Positions 22,343 through 31,960 of a stretch of DNA of 64,000 nt are shown here, in pieces (the first letter of the stretch is position 1; the number at the start of each line of letters is the position of its first letter). Source of the DNA: an uncultured Gemmatimonadales bacterium (lineage in GTDB: Bacteria > Gemmatimonadota > Gemmatimonadetes > Gemmatimonadales > GWC2-71-9); assembly GCA_963828735.1 (NCBI GenBank), contig CAWHFW010000005.1, positions 2,624,001 through 2,688,000 on the forward strand, in the 5' to 3' direction. The position numbers were made by a program, and so were the translations under genes. The notes under the pieces are model-generated. The model was not told the origin of the DNA, ran no database searches, and was given only the letters and a program-made list of their open reading frames with translations.

Positions 22343-24355
22343 GTGCGCAGCCGCAAATTGTATCCGAGAATGTATACCGTGGCCTTCGGCCTCGCGTTTG
22401 CCGCGCTCGGTGGATTCTCGCCGCTCGCCGCGCAGCGCCCCGAGCGCGTGGCACCCGCTCCGCCCGCCTCGCAGGAGGGGCCTGAGACCCCGACGCCCGC
22501 CGCGCCCAAGCTCACCGCCGCCGACGTCGAGGCCTGGCTCGACGGGTTCCTGCCCTACGCCCTCGAGCGCGGCGACGTGGCCGGCGCGGTGGTCGCGGTG
22601 GTGAAGGACGGCCAGGTCCTGCTGACCAAGGGCTACGGCTACGCCGACGTGAAGCGGCGGAAGCCGGTGGATCCCGCCACCACGCTGTTCCGGCCGGGCT
22701 CGGTCTCCAAGCTCTTCACCTGGACGGCGGTGATGCAGCTGGTGGAGCAGGGCAAGCTCGATCTCGACCGCGACGTCAACGCGTATCTCGACTTCAAGAT
22801 TCCCCCGGCTTTCGGCAAGCCCATCACGCTCCGGAACTGCATGACCCATACGGCGGGGTTCGAGGAGGTCGGCAAGAATCTGTTCAGCGACGACTCGGTC
22901 CACATCCTCTCGAACGAGACGTTCGTCAAGGAGTGGACGCCCGAGCGCATCTACCCGCCCGGCCAGGTGCCGGCGTACTCGAACTACGCCACGGCGCTCG
23001 CCGGTTACATCGTCCAGCGGGTCTCGGGCGAGCCGTTCGAGGCCTACATCGACCACCACATCTTCGAGCCGCTGGGGATGAAGCACGCCACCTTCCGCCA
23101 GCCGCTACCGGCGGCCATCCACGGCGACATGGCACAGGGCTACCCGCAGGCCTCGGAGGACCCCAAGCCGTTCGAGATCGTCGTGGGCGCGCCGGCGGGC
23201 AGTCTCTCCGCGAGCGGCGCCGACATGGCGCGCTTCATGATCGCCCACCTGCAGAATGGCCACCTCGGTGACGCCACGATTCTCCAGCCCGAGACGGCCA
23301 AGCTGATGCACGGGACCCCGCTCACGATCCTGCCGGCGGTCAACCGCATGGTGCTCGGCTTCTACGAGACCAACCGGAACGGCCACCGCGCGATCGCGCA
23401 CGGCGGCGACACGTTCTGGTTCCACAGCGATCTCCACCTGTTCATCGACGACGGGATCGGGATCTTCATCTCGATGAACAGCCCCGGCAAGGAAGGCGCG
23501 GCGGGCCCGATCCGGAACACGCTGTTCGAGCAGTTCGCCGACCGCTACCTGCCTGCGGAAGCGCCCACCGGCCAGGTCGATCCCAAGATCGCGCACGAGC
23601 ATGCGCAGATGATGGCGGGCACGTACGACAACTCCCGGCACTCGCAGTCCAGCTTCTTCAGCGTGACCGAGCTGCTCGGGCCGGCGAAGGTGTCCGTCAA
23701 CGAGGATACCACGATCAGCCTGGGGCTCCTGACCGCGCTGAATGGGAAGCCCAAGCGCTGGCGCGAGCGGGAGCCGTTCGTGTGGCAGGAGGTGAACGGC
23801 AAGAACGTGCTCGCCGCCAAGGTCGAGCAGGGCCGGGTCGTGATGTTCAGCGGCGACGAGATCTCGCCGTTCATGATGTTCCGACCCACGCCGGCGTGGC
23901 GCTCGGCGGCCTGGCTCTCGCCGCTGGCCGGGGCGAGCGTCGCCATCCTCGTGCTCACGGTGATCCTCTGGCCGGTGGCCGCGCTGGTACGCCGCCGGTA
24001 CGGCGCCCGGTTCCCGCTCGAGGGCGCGGAAGCGACGTCTCACCGATGGACGCGCCTCGCGGCCCTGGCGGTGGTGATCCTGCTGGGCGCGTGGGCATGG
24101 CAGGTCCAGCGTATGCTGTCCGACGTCTCGGCCCTCACGTCGAAGAGCGAGCCGGCGCTCTGGGCCCTGCAGCTCCTCGGCCTGGTCGTGTTCTTCGGGG
24201 CCGCGGGCGTGACCCTGTGGAACGCGCGGCTCGCCTGGACCGGCAAGCGGCGATGGACCGGCAAGGTCTGGAGCACCGCCCTGGCCGTGGCCTGCGTGTC
24301 GCTGCTGTACACGGCCCTGGTGTTCAAGCTGATCGCGTTCGACGTGAACTTCTGA
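22343..24355 (+). CDS. Serine hydrolase (beta-lactamase fold) with signal peptide and about four C-terminal TM helices
   Basis: SVSK, YSN, HGG; hydrophobic C-terminal segments; GTG start after GGAGG. Confidence 0.88.
   Translation: MRSRKLYPRMYTVAFGLAFAALGGFSPLAAQRPERVAPAPPASQEGPETPTPAAPKLTAADVEAWLDGFLPYALERGDVAGAVVAVVKDGQVLLTKGYGYADVKRRKPVDPATTLFRPGSVSKLFTWTAVMQLVEQGKLDLDRDVNAYLDFKIPPAFGKPITLRNCMTHTAGFEEVGKNLFSDDSVHILSNETFVKEWTPERIYPPGQVPAYSNYATALAGYIVQRVSGEPFEAYIDHHIFEPLGMKHATFRQPLPAAIHGDMAQGYPQASEDPKPFEIVVGAPAGSLSASGADMARFMIAHLQNGHLGDATILQPETAKLMHGTPLTILPAVNRMVLGFYETNRNGHRAIAHGGDTFWFHSDLHLFIDDGIGIFISMNSPGKEGAAGPIRNTLFEQFADRYLPAEAPTGQVDPKIAHEHAQMMAGTYDNSRHSQSSFFSVTELLGPAKVSVNEDTTISLGLLTALNGKPKRWREREPFVWQEVNGKNVLAAKVEQGRVVMFSGDEISPFMMFRPTPAWRSAAWLSPLAGASVAILVLTVILWPVAALVRRRYGARFPLEGAEATSHRWTRLAALAVVILLGAWAWQVQRMLSDVSALTSKSEPALWALQLLGLVVFFGAAGVTLWNARLAWTGKRRWTGKVWSTALAVACVSLLYTALVFKLIAFDVNF
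22358..22379. promoter_or_regulatory. Putative degenerate GntR operator overlapping the first codons of the serine hydrolase
   Basis: TTGTATCCGA (22358) and ATGTATACCG (22370), 12-bp spacing. Confidence 0.45.
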
Positions 24356-24363
24356 GCCGGGCC

Positions 24364-26065
24364 GTGTCATCTCGGCAGGGCGCCCGCGCCGCGGCGCTCT
24401 GGCTTCTGGCCGCGTGCGCGGCCCCTGCCTCCACGGCCGGCCCGTCCGGCTCGCCTGCGCCCGAGGGCGGGTACGATCTCGTCATTCGGCACGGGCGGGT
24501 GCTCGACGGCGCCGGCAATCCGTGGGTCGCCGCGGACGTGGCGGTCAGGGACGGACGGATCGCGAAGGTCGGAGTCGTCCCGGAGCGCGGGCGTCGGCGA
24601 GATCGACGCGCACCGGCCGCTACGTCTCTCCGGGCTGGTTCGACATGATGGACCAGTCGGGCTACGTGCTGCTCGAGAACGGCGCCGCGGAGAACAAGCT
24701 GCGAATGGGCGTCACGCACCCTGATCGCGGGCGAGGGCGGGACGCCGGCGTGCCGGCGGACAATCGCGGACTACTTCGCGCGGCTCGAGCGCCAGGGGAT
24801 CGCGCGTCAACTTCGGCACCTACTACAGCGCCGCCCAGGCGCGGGTCGACGCGATGGGCGATGGCGCCGGGTCGCCCACGCCGGCGCAGATGGCGAAGAT
24901 GAAGGCCGATGTTCGGCTCGCCATGGATGCCGGCGCGTTCGGCATCTCGAGCGCGCTCATCTACCCGCCCGGACAGCTTCCAGACCACGCGAGGACCTGA
25001 TCGAGCTCGCCCGGGTCGCGTCGGCAGTGCGACGGCTTCTATGCCACTCACATGCGCGACGAGAGCGAGGACCTGGTCGCGCGCGATCGGCGAGGCGGTC
25101 GAGATCGGCGAACAGGGCGGCGTGAAGGTCGAGATCTTCCACCTCAAGGCGGCCTACGCACCCAGGCTGGGGCCAGCTGATGCCCCAGGCGCTCGCCGAG
25201 ATCGATAGCGCGCGCGCGCGCGGCGTCGACGTCGGCGGCGGACATGTATCCGTATCCGGCCGGCGGCACCGGCCTCAGCATCACGGTGCCCAACTGGGTG
25301 TTCGAGGAGGGAGAGGACTCGGGCGTGGGCGCGCCTCCGGGAGCCGGCGGTCCGCGAGCGGCTCAAGCGCGAGGTCGCGGCCGGCTCGAGCCCGGGTGGT
25401 CCAACCTCGTCCAGGCCTCGGGCGGCTGGGACCACGTGGTGCTGGCCAATCCGTTCAACCCGAAGTACGACCCTACCGGATGAAGAGCCTGGCCGAGATC
25501 GGCGCCGCGCTCGGCCGCGACCCGGCGGACGTCGCCTGGGACATCGTGCTCGAAGCCCTGCCGGAGCGCGCGATGGCGCTGTTCTTCATGATGGACGAGC
25601 GCGACATCGAGACGTGCGCTGCGCCAGCCCTGGACCAGCATCGGCAGCGACGCCGCGGCGGCGGCCAAGTTCGGCGAGGTCGACGCGCTCGGACTCCCGC
25701 ACCCGCGCGCCTATGGCACGTTCACGCGGGTCATCGCCGAGTACGTGCGCAAGCGCCACGTGCTGACGCTGGAGCAGGCGGTCCGCAAGATGACGTCGTG
25801 GCCCGCTACGCGGATGGGCCTCTTCGACCGCGGGATGATCCGCGACGGCATGCGGGCGGACCTCACGGTATTCGACTACGAGCGGCTCCAGGACAACGCG
25901 ACCTGGCAACAGCCCACGGCCGCCGCCAGTGGGATCGACTACGTGGTCGTGAACGGGCAGGTGACGGTCGACGCGGGCCGCTATACGGGCGCCAAAGCGG
26001 GGCGCGTGCTGCGGGGCGGATGCGCGCGCGACCCGGGGACGCGACCCGACTCGGAGACGAAATGA
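24364..26065 (+). CDS. N-acyl-D-amino-acid deacylase (D-aminoacylase)-family lipoprotein, many indels in this sequence
   Basis: Lipobox LLAAC; reconstructed YDLVIRHGRVLDGAG, PGWFDMMDQ, THMRDE, IFHLKA, DMYPY, PHPRAYGTF, AVRKMTS. More than ten indels between 24598 and 25620. Confidence 0.8.
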
Positions 26066-27867
26066 GAGCGATGTGCCTGGCGCTCGCCGCGCTCCTCGGC
26101 GGCTGGAGCGCCGTGACGGCCCAATCGGGGCCATTGCAGGGCTTCGACGCGTACGTGACTCGGAGCATGGCCGCCTGGCGGGTACCCGGTCTCGCGGTGG
26201 CCGTCGTCCACCGCGACTCGGTCGTGCTGGCGCGCGGCTACGGGGTGCGGACGCTGGGGAAGCCTGACCCGGTGGACGAGAAGACCCTGTTCGCGATCGG
26301 CTCCGCCAGCAAGGCCTTCACGGCCACACTGGTGGCCATGCTGGTGGATCAGGGTAAGGTGAAGTGGGACGACCCGGCCACGCAGTATCTCCCGGGATTC
26401 CAGATGTACGATCCGTATGCGACGCGCGAGCTCACAGTGCGGGACCTGCTCACCCACCGGAGCGGGCTCACTGCCGCGGACCTGCTGCTCTACGACCCAC
26501 GGTACACGCGGGACAGCATCCTGTACCGGGCCCGCTACGTGAAGCCCACCTACAGCTTTCGCGCGCACTTCGGGTACTCGAACATCATGTACCTCGCGGC
26601 CGGCCAGCTCTCCGCGCGCCTGCTGGGCAGCACGTGGGATGACGCCGTGCGCGAGCGGATCTTCACGCCCCTCGGCATGGCGGCCAGCAATACCAGCGTA
26701 ACCCTGCTCGACCGGCTGCCCGACGTCGCGACGCCCCACGACGAGATCGACGACACCGTGCAGGCCATTCCGTACTTCAACCTCGATGCGGCCGCACCAG
26801 CGGGCTCGATCAATTCCAGCATCCGCGACATGGCGCAGTGGGTGCGCTTCCAGCTCGCCGGCGGGAAAGTCCGCGGCAAGCCGCTGCTCAGCGCCGCGGC
26901 ATTCGAGGAGACTCACAAACCCCAGACGATCGTCCCGCTCGAAGGATTCTGGAACCTTTCGGCGCAGGACGCCCACCTGCTCACCTATGGCATGGGCTGG
27001 TTCCTGCACGACTATCACGGGCGTCTGATCGTGCAGCACGGCGGCAACATCGACGGGATGACCGCGCTCGTGGCGCTCATGCCGGAGGAGCAGACGGGAC
27101 TCGTCGTCCTCACCAATCTGGGTCCGAACGACCTGACCTACGCATTGATGTACCGGGTGTTCGACGCCTACCTGAAGCGTCCGCCCAAGGACTGGAGCGC
27201 GTCGCTGCTCAAGGCGGACCGCGAGCTCGTGGCCCAGGCCAAGCAGGAGACCAAGAACCGTGAGGCGACGCGCGTCGCAGGCACCAAGCCGTCCCTGCCG
27301 CTCGAGCAGTATGCCGGGACGTACAGCGACAGCGTCGACGGCGATGCGACCGTTCGCCGGGAGCAGGGCGGGCTCGTTCTCCGATACGGTAGTCTCGTGG
27401 CCGACCTCGCCCACTGGCAGTACGACACTTTCCAGGCGATCTGGCGGCAGCGCCGCCTCGGGAAGATGTACGTCACCTTCGTCCTCGACTCCGACGGCAA
27501 GGTCGCGGAGATGCGGGCGGTCGATCTGGCCGACTTCACCCGCAAGCCCGAGCCGGCCGACACCGCGCCGGGCATCCAACTGGCTCCCGCGGAGCTGGAG
27601 CGCTATACGGGGACGTTTGCGTCGAGCACTCTACCGGTGAGCGCCGAGGTGCAGGTGGTCGGCGGCCAGCTCAAGCTGACGGTGCCCGGGCAGCCGATCT
27701 ACACCCTCGTACCCATGACCGCCACTCGCTTCCGACTTACCGGCCAGGAAGTTCCCGCTGGCTACTTTCTGGACTACACCTTCACGTCCGACCGGGTGCG
27801 GCAGGTGACCCTGGTCCAGCCCGCGCCGCAGCCCAGCTTGACGCTCTCGCCCAAGGCGGTCCCATGA
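26062..27867 (+). CDS. Secreted serine hydrolase (beta-lactamase fold) with two DUF3471-like C-terminal domains
   Basis: SASK, YSN, HGG; LEQYAGTY and LERYTGTF modules; ATGA overlap with the upstream gene. Confidence 0.88.
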   Translation: MRAMCLALAALLGGWSAVTAQSGPLQGFDAYVTRSMAAWRVPGLAVAVVHRDSVVLARGYGVRTLGKPDPVDEKTLFAIGSASKAFTATLVAMLVDQGKVKWDDPATQYLPGFQMYDPYATRELTVRDLLTHRSGLTAADLLLYDPRYTRDSILYRARYVKPTYSFRAHFGYSNIMYLAAGQLSARLLGSTWDDAVRERIFTPLGMAASNTSVTLLDRLPDVATPHDEIDDTVQAIPYFNLDAAAPAGSINSSIRDMAQWVRFQLAGGKVRGKPLLSAAAFEETHKPQTIVPLEGFWNLSAQDAHLLTYGMGWFLHDYHGRLIVQHGGNIDGMTALVALMPEEQTGLVVLTNLGPNDLTYALMYRVFDAYLKRPPKDWSASLLKADRELVAQAKQETKNREATRVAGTKPSLPLEQYAGTYSDSVDGDATVRREQGGLVLRYGSLVADLAHWQYDTFQAIWRQRRLGKMYVTFVLDSDGKVAEMRAVDLADFTRKPEPADTAPGIQLAPAELERYTGTFASSTLPVSAEVQVVGGQLKLTVPGQPIYTLVPMTATRFRLTGQEVPAGYFLDYTFTSDRVRQVTLVQPAPQPSLTLSPKAVP

Positions 27868-29462
27868 CGCTCCCCATCGCGCGGCGCCTGGCGGCGCCGA
27901 TCGCGGCACTGCTGGCGCTCGGCTCCGTGAGTCTCGCGCGCGCCCAGGACGCGCCCCCGGCCGACTTCGACAAGTATGCCCGCGCCGCGCTGCCGATGTT
28001 CGACACGCCCGGCGCCGCGGTCGCGGTCGTGAAGGACGGACGAGTCGTGCTCGCCAAGGGCTATGGCCTCCGCAAGCTCGGGGAATCCGCCCCGGTGGAC
28101 GCACACACGCTGTTCCAGATCGCCTCGAACACCAAGGCGTTCACGACGGCCGCGCTGGCGATGCTGGTGGACGAGGGGCACCTGGCCTGGGACGACCGGG
28201 TGACGCAGCACCTGCCGTGGTTTCAGCTCTCCGATCCGTACGTGACGCGTGAGCTCACCGTGCGCGATCTCTTGACGCATCGGAGCGGGCTCGGCCTCGG
28301 GGCGGGGGACCTGCTCTGGTACCACTCCGAGTATTCCCGCGACACCATCCTTCGCCGAATCCGCTACGCCAAGGTGGCGTCCAGCTTCCGCAGCGAGTAC
28401 GCCTACGACAACGTCCTGTACGTCGCGGCGGGCGAGGTGATCCCGGCGATCACCGGCCTGAGCTGGGAGGACTTCATCCGCCGCCGTATCCTCGAGCCGC
28501 TCGGCATGCGGGAGGCCCGGCTGACCGCCCAGAACGTCCGGCCGGACGACAACTTCGCGGCGGCGCACGCGATGGTGGAGGGGAAGCTGGCGGTCGTGCC
28601 GCGGGACACCTTCGAGGCCACCAACGCCGCCGGCGGGGTCGTCGCCAGCGTGTCCGAGCTGGCCAAGTGGATGACCGTGCAGCTTGATTCGGGTCGCGTG
28701 GGCGATGGGGGCAAGCGCCTCTGGAGCACCGAGCGGACACGCGAGATGTGGACCGGGCAGACGATCATGCCGGCTCCCGACCTGCCGCCAGCGCTCGATG
28801 CCTACGAGCCCACCTTCCTCCTGTACGGCCTCGGCTGGGACCTGCGCGACTATCGCGGCCACGAGCTGGTGACGCACACCGGTGGCGTCGACGGCATGAC
28901 GTCGCGCACGCTGCTGGTCCCCGACGCGAGGCTCGGCATCATCGTGCTCACCAACGGCGAGTCGCCGCTCAGCACGGCGCTCGCCTGGCGGCTGCTGGAC
29001 CACTACCTGAAGGCGCCGAAAACCGATTGGGCCGGCGCTCTCGCGAAGTACGTGAGGAGCCTCGAGGCCGACGCGAAGAAAACAGAGGCGGCGGCCGCGG
29101 CCTCGCGCGACTCGACGTCGCGTCCCTCGCTGCCGCTCGAGCGGTACGCGGGACGCTACAATGACCAGATGTACGGGGATGTGACCATCGCGAAGGACGG
29201 CGACCATCTTGTGCTGAGCTTCAGCCATTCGCCCGCGCTCACGGGCGACCTGAAGCACTGGCAGTACGATACCTTCGTGGCCCACTGGGGCCAGCGGAAC
29301 ATCCCAGACGCCTACGTGACGTTCGCGCTGGGGCCCGACGGGTCGATCAAGACGATGGAGATGGCCGCCGTGAGCCCCCTGGCCGACTTCAGCTACGACT
29401 TCCAGGACCTGCTGTTCAAGCCCGCCGCGTCGCCCGCCGCACCGCCGGAGGGGCGGCCCTAG
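27864..29462 (+). CDS. Secreted serine hydrolase (beta-lactamase fold) with DUF3471-like domain
   Basis: SNTK, YDN, HTGG; signal peptide; ATGA overlap. Confidence 0.9.
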   Translation: MTLPIARRLAAPIAALLALGSVSLARAQDAPPADFDKYARAALPMFDTPGAAVAVVKDGRVVLAKGYGLRKLGESAPVDAHTLFQIASNTKAFTTAALAMLVDEGHLAWDDRVTQHLPWFQLSDPYVTRELTVRDLLTHRSGLGLGAGDLLWYHSEYSRDTILRRIRYAKVASSFRSEYAYDNVLYVAAGEVIPAITGLSWEDFIRRRILEPLGMREARLTAQNVRPDDNFAAAHAMVEGKLAVVPRDTFEATNAAGGVVASVSELAKWMTVQLDSGRVGDGGKRLWSTERTREMWTGQTIMPAPDLPPALDAYEPTFLLYGLGWDLRDYRGHELVTHTGGVDGMTSRTLLVPDARLGIIVLTNGESPLSTALAWRLLDHYLKAPKTDWAGALAKYVRSLEADAKKTEAAAAASRDSTSRPSLPLERYAGRYNDQMYGDVTIAKDGDHLVLSFSHSPALTGDLKHWQYDTFVAHWGQRNIPDAYVTFALGPDGSIKTMEMAAVSPLADFSYDFQDLLFKPAASPAAPPEGRP

Positions 29463-29474
29463 CGGCGCGGATCG

Positions 29475-31940
29475 CTATTGTCCCTGCGCCGCCGAGGAAA
29501 GCTGCTCGAAGGTGAGGTTCTGAATCCGGTAGCGGCGCCAGTCCTGATAATCGAAATGCCACCACTCGGCCTCATAGACGGTGAAGCCCTGGGCCTCCAT
29601 CGCGTGGCGCAGCAGGTCGCGCAGCCACCGCTGCCGCGACGTACCGCCCGGATAAAGCGGGTAGGAGCGGTCGCTCATCTCGTCGTAGCCGCCCGTCATG
29701 CCGACGGGCCGTCCGCTCTTCAAGTCGTAGAGCGTGATGTCGACGGCGCAGCCGCGGTTGTGTCGTGATCCCTGCGACGGATCGGCGACGAACAGATGCT
29801 GCTCCGTGGGCGTGGCGTCCCAGAACACCTTGGTCACGTACCACGGCCGGTAAGAGTCGTGCACCAGCAGGCCGTAGCCGAGCCGCTTGAGGGCGCGAGA
29901 AGCGCGGGCGACCGCCTCTGCCGCGGGGCGCTGCATGAAGGCGTGCGCGGAGCTGTAGAGCGGCGTGCTCAAGAAGTTGTTCGACGTCGCGTAGCGAATA
30001 TCATAGCGGATGCTCGGGTCCAGGGTCCGTAGCTCGACCAGGTCCGACGGCAGGAAGTCACCCGTCTCCTCCGGTGGCTGAGCGGACAGCGCAGTGGCGC
30101 GGAGCGTCGGGATCGGCGCCACCGGCGTGATGTGGAAGCTCGTCCGTTGGTCATCCGTGGGGAGCGGCCGGCGCTTGAAGGGGACGGTCGCTACCACCGC
30201 ATCGGTAGCCCGCCCGTCTGGGCCGCGCCGGAAGACGATCTCCTGGCCGTCGTACAATCCCCTGCGCGGGAACCGATAGACGTCGCGGGAGGCGCGCTCG
30301 AGCGGGTATTCGAAAAACCACTCGATCAGTGCGTTCAGCTTCCCGTCCTTCTCGCGAATGTACAGGACATCGTGGTCCCAGCCGTACTCGCCGATGAGGC
30401 CGGCGAATGCGTCCGCCGCCGCTGCCGGCTTCGGCCCCGCCATCGGCACGGCCTCCGACCCCGGAGTCGGAAGCCGGACCAGCGTATCGGTGCCGAGGAC
30501 GATCCGTCCGTGGCCCAGCGCCTGAACCCGGGTGCCTTCGCCGGGCTGATCATCTCCGACCAGCTCGGTCGGCGCTCGGCCGCTGTCGGCATTCGCGGGT
30601 CCGGCCACGCGCAACTCTGCCCGGGTACCTCCTCCGATCGGCGTCAGGTAGAGCTTGCCTTCGTACTCCTCCAGATCCACCCCGTTCTGGCCCCTCGCGT
30701 ACCGGCCCATGAGGCCGAGTGCCTGCGCTCTGGTCAGGGGGCTGGTGGTCGGCTGCGACGGGAGCGGTTCGCCGGCGCGGGCCGCCAACAGCATCCGCAG
30801 GGCCGCCGAGGCGATGTCGTCGGTCACGGCGTTCATCACGTCGAGGGAGGCGACCACGACCACGCCGAGCGAGTCGTCCGGGAGCGCGAGAAGCGTGGTG
30901 GCGAAGCCGTAGATCGCGCCATCGTGTCCGACGGCGCGGTGGCCATTCAATCGACCGACCCAGAAGCCGATCCCGATACCGCTGGTGTCGCCCGGGGACG
31001 CGTATTGCGGTGTCCACATCGAGTCGAGCGTGGCCTTCGCCAGCACCCGGTGGCCATCGGGGGTGGCGCCACCGGCGAAGAGAACGGAAAGGAAGCGGCC
31101 GAGGTCGAGGACGCTGGTGTAGAGGCTGCCGGCGGGCCCCTCGCCGAGCTGGAACGTGGGCGCGGCGAAGCGCCGGCCATGAAGCGTCCACATCTGTCCC
31201 GACGCCAGATGTGGCTCGAGCCGGGGAAGCGGCTCGAATGCGCTCTGACTCATGCCCATCGGCTCGAGCACGGTATGCTGGAGATAGTCGCCGAAGGGCT
31301 CGCCCCGTGTCCGCTCGAGCACGTATCCAAGCACGGCCACGCCGGCGTTGGAGTACTTGGTATGTGCGGCCGGAGGATACACCAGCTTGGTGCCATTGAG
31401 ACTCGCGACCGTGGCCGCCAGCGTCGGCTGGGTATCGTCGAAATAGTGGCCGACCGGGGGTTCTCGGGTGAGGCCTGAGCGGTGCGAGGTGAGCTCGCGG
31501 AGGGTGATGTCGCCGCCGAAGGGGTTCGTCGGCTGGAAGTCGGCAAGGTATCGGCGGACCGGCGCGTCCAGCGCCAACTCTTTGCGTTCGACGAGCTGCA
31601 TGACGGCCATGTCGGTAAACAGCTTCGAGACCGAGCCGACGCGGTAGACGGTCGCTGCGTCCGCTGCCACCCCGGCGGCAGAGTCCGCCCAGCCGAACCC
31701 GCGGGCCCAAACGATGCGGCTTCCATCCACCAGGGCCAGCGAGATCGCCGGGATGCCGTGTTGCGCCCGCAGTCGCTCGATCGTCGGAGTCAGCGCGCCG
31801 GCGACCTCCGCGTAGCGCGCCTGCGGATCGACCGCGGTTTGCGATGCGGCGGCACGCGGCAGCAGGGCAAGGCCGATGAGTCCGAGTGTCAGCCGGGCAC
31901 GATGACGTGACAGCGGTTCGGGCGCTGCAGGACCTGCCAC
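29475..31940 (-). CDS. Fusion of a serine hydrolase (beta-lactamase fold) and a VanX/DdpX-type D-Ala-D-Ala dipeptidase (M15D)
   Basis: N-terminal SVSK, YSN, HDG; C-terminal DIRYATSNNF, DSYRPW, SRHNRGCAVD, EWWHF; GTG start after GGAGG. Confidence 0.88.
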   Translation of the reverse strand: MAGPAAPEPLSRHRARLTLGLIGLALLPRAAASQTAVDPQARYAEVAGALTPTIERLRAQHGIPAISLALVDGSRIVWARGFGWADSAAGVAADAATVYRVGSVSKLFTDMAVMQLVERKELALDAPVRRYLADFQPTNPFGGDITLRELTSHRSGLTREPPVGHYFDDTQPTLAATVASLNGTKLVYPPAAHTKYSNAGVAVLGYVLERTRGEPFGDYLQHTVLEPMGMSQSAFEPLPRLEPHLASGQMWTLHGRRFAAPTFQLGEGPAGSLYTSVLDLGRFLSVLFAGGATPDGHRVLAKATLDSMWTPQYASPGDTSGIGIGFWVGRLNGHRAVGHDGAIYGFATTLLALPDDSLGVVVVASLDVMNAVTDDIASAALRMLLAARAGEPLPSQPTTSPLTRAQALGLMGRYARGQNGVDLEEYEGKLYLTPIGGGTRAELRVAGPANADSGRAPTELVGDDQPGEGTRVQALGHGRIVLGTDTLVRLPTPGSEAVPMAGPKPAAAADAFAGLIGEYGWDHDVLYIREKDGKLNALIEWFFEYPLERASRDVYRFPRRGLYDGQEIVFRRGPDGRATDAVVATVPFKRRPLPTDDQRTSFHITPVAPIPTLRATALSAQPPEETGDFLPSDLVELRTLDPSIRYDIRYATSNNFLSTPLYSSAHAFMQRPAAEAVARASRALKRLGYGLLVHDSYRPWYVTKVFWDATPTEQHLFVADPSQGSRHNRGCAVDITLYDLKSGRPVGMTGGYDEMSDRSYPLYPGGTSRQRWLRDLLRHAMEAQGFTVYEAEWWHFDYQDWRRYRIQNLTFEQLSSAAQGQ

Positions 31941-31960
31941 CGGAGCCTCCAGACTGCTGT

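Noticed and set aside
24364..26065. True pseudogene or programmed frameshifting
   Set aside because: The indels are mostly doubled synonymous bases, with no nonsense codons or slippery sites seen; better explained as a consensus artefact.
15356..31940. Antibiotic-resistance island (beta-lactamases plus vanX)
   Set aside because: The proteins are long serine hydrolases with extra domains; there is no vanH/vanA/vanRS or mobile element, and the context is nutrient uptake. Incidental resistance cannot be excluded.
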